Below, piece by piece: positions 15,620 through 17,806 of a stretch of 17,806 nucleotides of DNA (position 1 is its first letter; the number at the start of each line of letters is the position of its first letter). The stretch is from Candidatus Wukongarchaeum yapensis. Its GTDB lineage: Archaea; Asgardarchaeota; Wukongarchaeia; Wukongarchaeales; Wukongarchaeaceae. The notes under the pieces are model-generated. The model ran no database searches. It saw only the letters and a program-made list of their open reading frames with translations, and had not been told where the DNA came from. The translations under genes and the position numbers were made by a program. The stretch lies in assembly GCA_016840425.1 (NCBI GenBank), contig JAEOSI010000021.1:1-17806 (forward strand), given 5' to 3'.

Positions 15620-16705
15620 TTGGCTAACGCATTATTAATCACAGGCCGGACAGAAGAAGTTGGAAAAACTCCAATAGCGCTTTCTTTAGCGTTAAAGTTT
15701 GAAGAAGAAGGATTAAATGTCGGTTATTTCAAACCCGTCGGGTGGAAAATGAAAACCAAAGACTTAATGGACAGGGATGTAAAAATAGCAAAATCTATCC
15801 TTAAAATGGATGAAGATGAAACCTTGATAAGCCCGATTCTAGCAGACCGGCTTTATTGGTCCGCTGACTTAGTGAAAGGAGACGTTAGCGAAGAAAAGAA
15901 AACTCTCATGAACAGAATTACAAAAGCTTATGAAAGACTTAGTAAAAACTATGATTTCCTAGTTATCGAAGGCTGCCGTAACATGGCGTTTTTCGAATTC
16001 ATAGGCTTAAGCGCTCCTCAATTGTCTGTAGTTCTAAACGCCCCCATATTACTTGTAAATAACGACCGATTAACAACGGTCGACGAGGTCATACAAGACG
16101 CAAAATACTGTACCGTAGTATACGGTAATAAAGTCTTAGGAGCTATCATAAACAACGTTATACGCGAAACTTTTGAACGGGCGAAAGATTTCATGATACC
16201 CATCCTTGAAGCCAATAACGTACACGTCTACGGCATACTCCCCGAAAAACCGGAATTAAAAGCACTAACAGTGAAAACGATCTTAGACGTTTTAGAAGGA
16301 GAAGTTTTAGCAGGAGAAGAAAACCTAAACAATATGATTGAAAACATATTGATAGGTGCCATGAGGCCAGAAGCAGCATTAAAACACTTTAGAAGAGCAA
16401 TAAGAAAAGCAGTAGTAACAGGAGGAGACCGAGCAGACATAGCGGTATCCGCCCTAGAAACAGACACTTCATGCTTGATTTTGAGTGGCAATCTCTTTCC
16501 GCCAGCCCGAGTATTAAGCTTAGCTGATGAGAAAAAGATACCCGTAATTCTTGTTTCGTACGACACATACACTACAGTCGAAAAGCTTAATGAATGCAAA
16601 ATGCACGCCCATCTTGAACCTGAAAAAATAGAAACGTGGAAAAAATTAATCGAAGATAATGTAAACTGGAAAGAAATCCTCGAAGTGGCAAAAAAACAGC
16701 CATAG
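15620..16705 (+). CDS. Phosphotransacetylase N-terminal-like protein (BioD-like P-loop + DRTGG domain; lacks the catalytic Pta domain)
   Basis: GKT P-loop, VGYFKPVG, LVIEG, LIGAM, VVTGGDRADI and LILSG motifs; GGAG SD; 22 nt downstream of acd. Confidence 0.9.
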   Translation: MANALLITGRTEEVGKTPIALSLALKFEEEGLNVGYFKPVGWKMKTKDLMDRDVKIAKSILKMDEDETLISPILADRLYWSADLVKGDVSEEKKTLMNRITKAYERLSKNYDFLVIEGCRNMAFFEFIGLSAPQLSVVLNAPILLVNNDRLTTVDEVIQDAKYCTVVYGNKVLGAIINNVIRETFERAKDFMIPILEANNVHVYGILPEKPELKALTVKTILDVLEGEVLAGEENLNNMIENILIGAMRPEAALKHFRRAIRKAVVTGGDRADIAVSALETDTSCLILSGNLFPPARVLSLADEKKIPVILVSYDTYTTVEKLNECKMHAHLEPEKIETWKKLIEDNVNWKEILEVAKKQP

Positions 16706-16709
16706 AAAA

Positions 16710-16740
16710 TATTTTTTTTAAAAATTTAGAACTTTTTTTT
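16710..16740 (+). terminator. Oligo-T terminator of the acd operon
   Basis: Two T runs directly after the stop codon at 16705. Confidence 0.45.
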
Positions 16741-16886
16741 ACCTAAAGGTATGCGGTAGAGTAGTCCTTCGTCTATTTTTTAGAGGATACCACTTTCCTT
16801 GTGGAGGATTAAAGAATTTGCACAAGTTTATTAAACATATCCGAAGGATGGAAAAACCTTGTTGAAAGAAGCTTTGTCGAGAAAAA

Positions 16887-17806
16887 GTGAGAGTTTTGTT
16901 CATAAAATTATGTTCGCTAGGACAAAGCCTCGGGACACGGGTAATTCTCAATAACGGCTTCTTTAGGGGTTTTTGGGACATTATCGGTATAGGGTACGCT
17001 TTTCCGGAAGCACCTAAAGGTTTTATGCAGTTAACGCCAATAGGACCTTTTATGGGGGACTACCATAGCAGAGAAGAGGTCATACGATATAGAAAGATGT
17101 TTTTGCAAGATAAATTTAGCTTAATGGGTTATGGTCTACATTTTCCTGTACACATTAGTAGCACTAGGGTTTCCATGATAAACCACATGATACCAAGAAT
17201 TATATTAAAAGTCCCAAGGGCAAAAGTAGATTCTATGACGATTGCGGCTATCATTGACGTAAGATCAATAAAAGCAATCATTCAGAGTTATTCAATAACT
17301 TCTGATGAACAAAAACCCTTTACTATCCCCATAAATATCGGAGGAAGATTCTATCTTAATAAACCAGCAATTTCTGAAATAACTGAAGCAGAGATTATAG
17401 CATATACTTCTCACAAAAACAGGATTTGCTATTAAAAAGACATGGATGCTATCATTTGTGAGAACCCAGAAATCGGGGCAAAGATGTTTATAAGACCCCA
17501 ACTTCCCTTTCCCTTGATAGAAGCTGAGAAGCCTATAACATCCACTCATATAGTAAATTTTTTCACGAGGTTTTTATTAAACATCTCTCCTAAAAAGACG
17601 GAAGAAATTCGCATAATTTATTCGCCTGACGAAGAAGCTTTGCAAACGTTGTCCAAACTTAGCACAGAAAGAATATTGGAAGAGACGGCAAACTATTGGG
17701 ATGAGCTTCTGGAAATAGACTCAGAAATTGTGAAAAATAATGCTCTTACAAAGCTTGATATTCAGATTGTAAAGAGAAATTTGGCATATACTGTTGGTTG
17801 TTGCTT
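16887..17806 (+). pseudogene. Stop-interrupted gene, possibly the N-terminal part of a large glycoside-hydrolase-like protein; runs off the window end
   Basis: The ORF 16887-17435 is followed after one TAA (17433-35) by 123 more open codons in the same frame (KDMDAIICENPEIGAKMF...RILEETANYWDELLEI...VKRNLAYTVGCC). There is no SD before ATG 17442. The product call rests only on a by-eye resemblance to the linker helices preceding (alpha/alpha)6 GH domains. Confidence 0.5.

Noticed and set aside
16860-16865. TGT-TGA as a Cys-Sec motif (selenoprotein)
   Set aside because: No recognisable selenoprotein family or SECIS element, and the same frame also has a TAA, which favours decay.
17408-17464. 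BHB-type mRNA intron removing the in-frame TAA
   Set aside because: None of the registers I tried gave a 4-bp central helix with two 3-nt bulges.
1483-17549. Short or antisense ORFs in the track (e.g. 1483-1716, 4361-4600, 7289-7861, 7868-8143, 11044-11700, 11905-12294, 16228-16599, 16739-16981)
   Set aside because: They overlap well-supported genes or tRNAs and have no recognisable motifs, so they are shadow ORFs.
1-17806. CRISPR array, transposase, integrase or att-site duplication of tRNA 3' ends
   Set aside because: I saw no regularly spaced repeats, no mobile-element proteins and no second copy of any tRNA 3' end.

Overview
AT-rich archaeal core-genome window. The gene set (rpL38e, multi-intron tRNAs, eukaryote-like presenilin) points to a TACK or Asgard lineage, which is an inference. 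In order it holds: the 5' end of egsA, proteasome beta, aCPSF1/FttA, a PUA protein, an Sm-like protein, rpL37e, tRNA-Ala(GGC) with 2 introns, tRNA-Val(GAC) with 3 non-canonical introns, rpL38e, a presenilin-like protease coupled to archaemetzincin, thiL, tRNA-Arg(TCT) with a 55-nt intron, a DUF434 protein, the rpl11-rpl1-P0-P1 cluster, an RHH-domain orphan, a fused ADP-forming acyl-CoA synthetase with a DRTGG/Pta-N partner, and a stop-interrupted gene running off the 3' end. The most notable signals are: (i) the tRNA-Arg intron carries a perfect CUGA/GUGAUGA K-loop whose box C' is the same sequence as its splice motif, a candidate splicing-activated C/D guide RNA; (ii) P0 has four stalk-dimer-binding repeats and no acidic tail; (iii) tRNA-Val has an 8-nt micro-exon, and its first intron repeats the gene's own leader and exon sequence. 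I found no CRISPR array or recognisable mobile element. All alignments and folds were done by eye.
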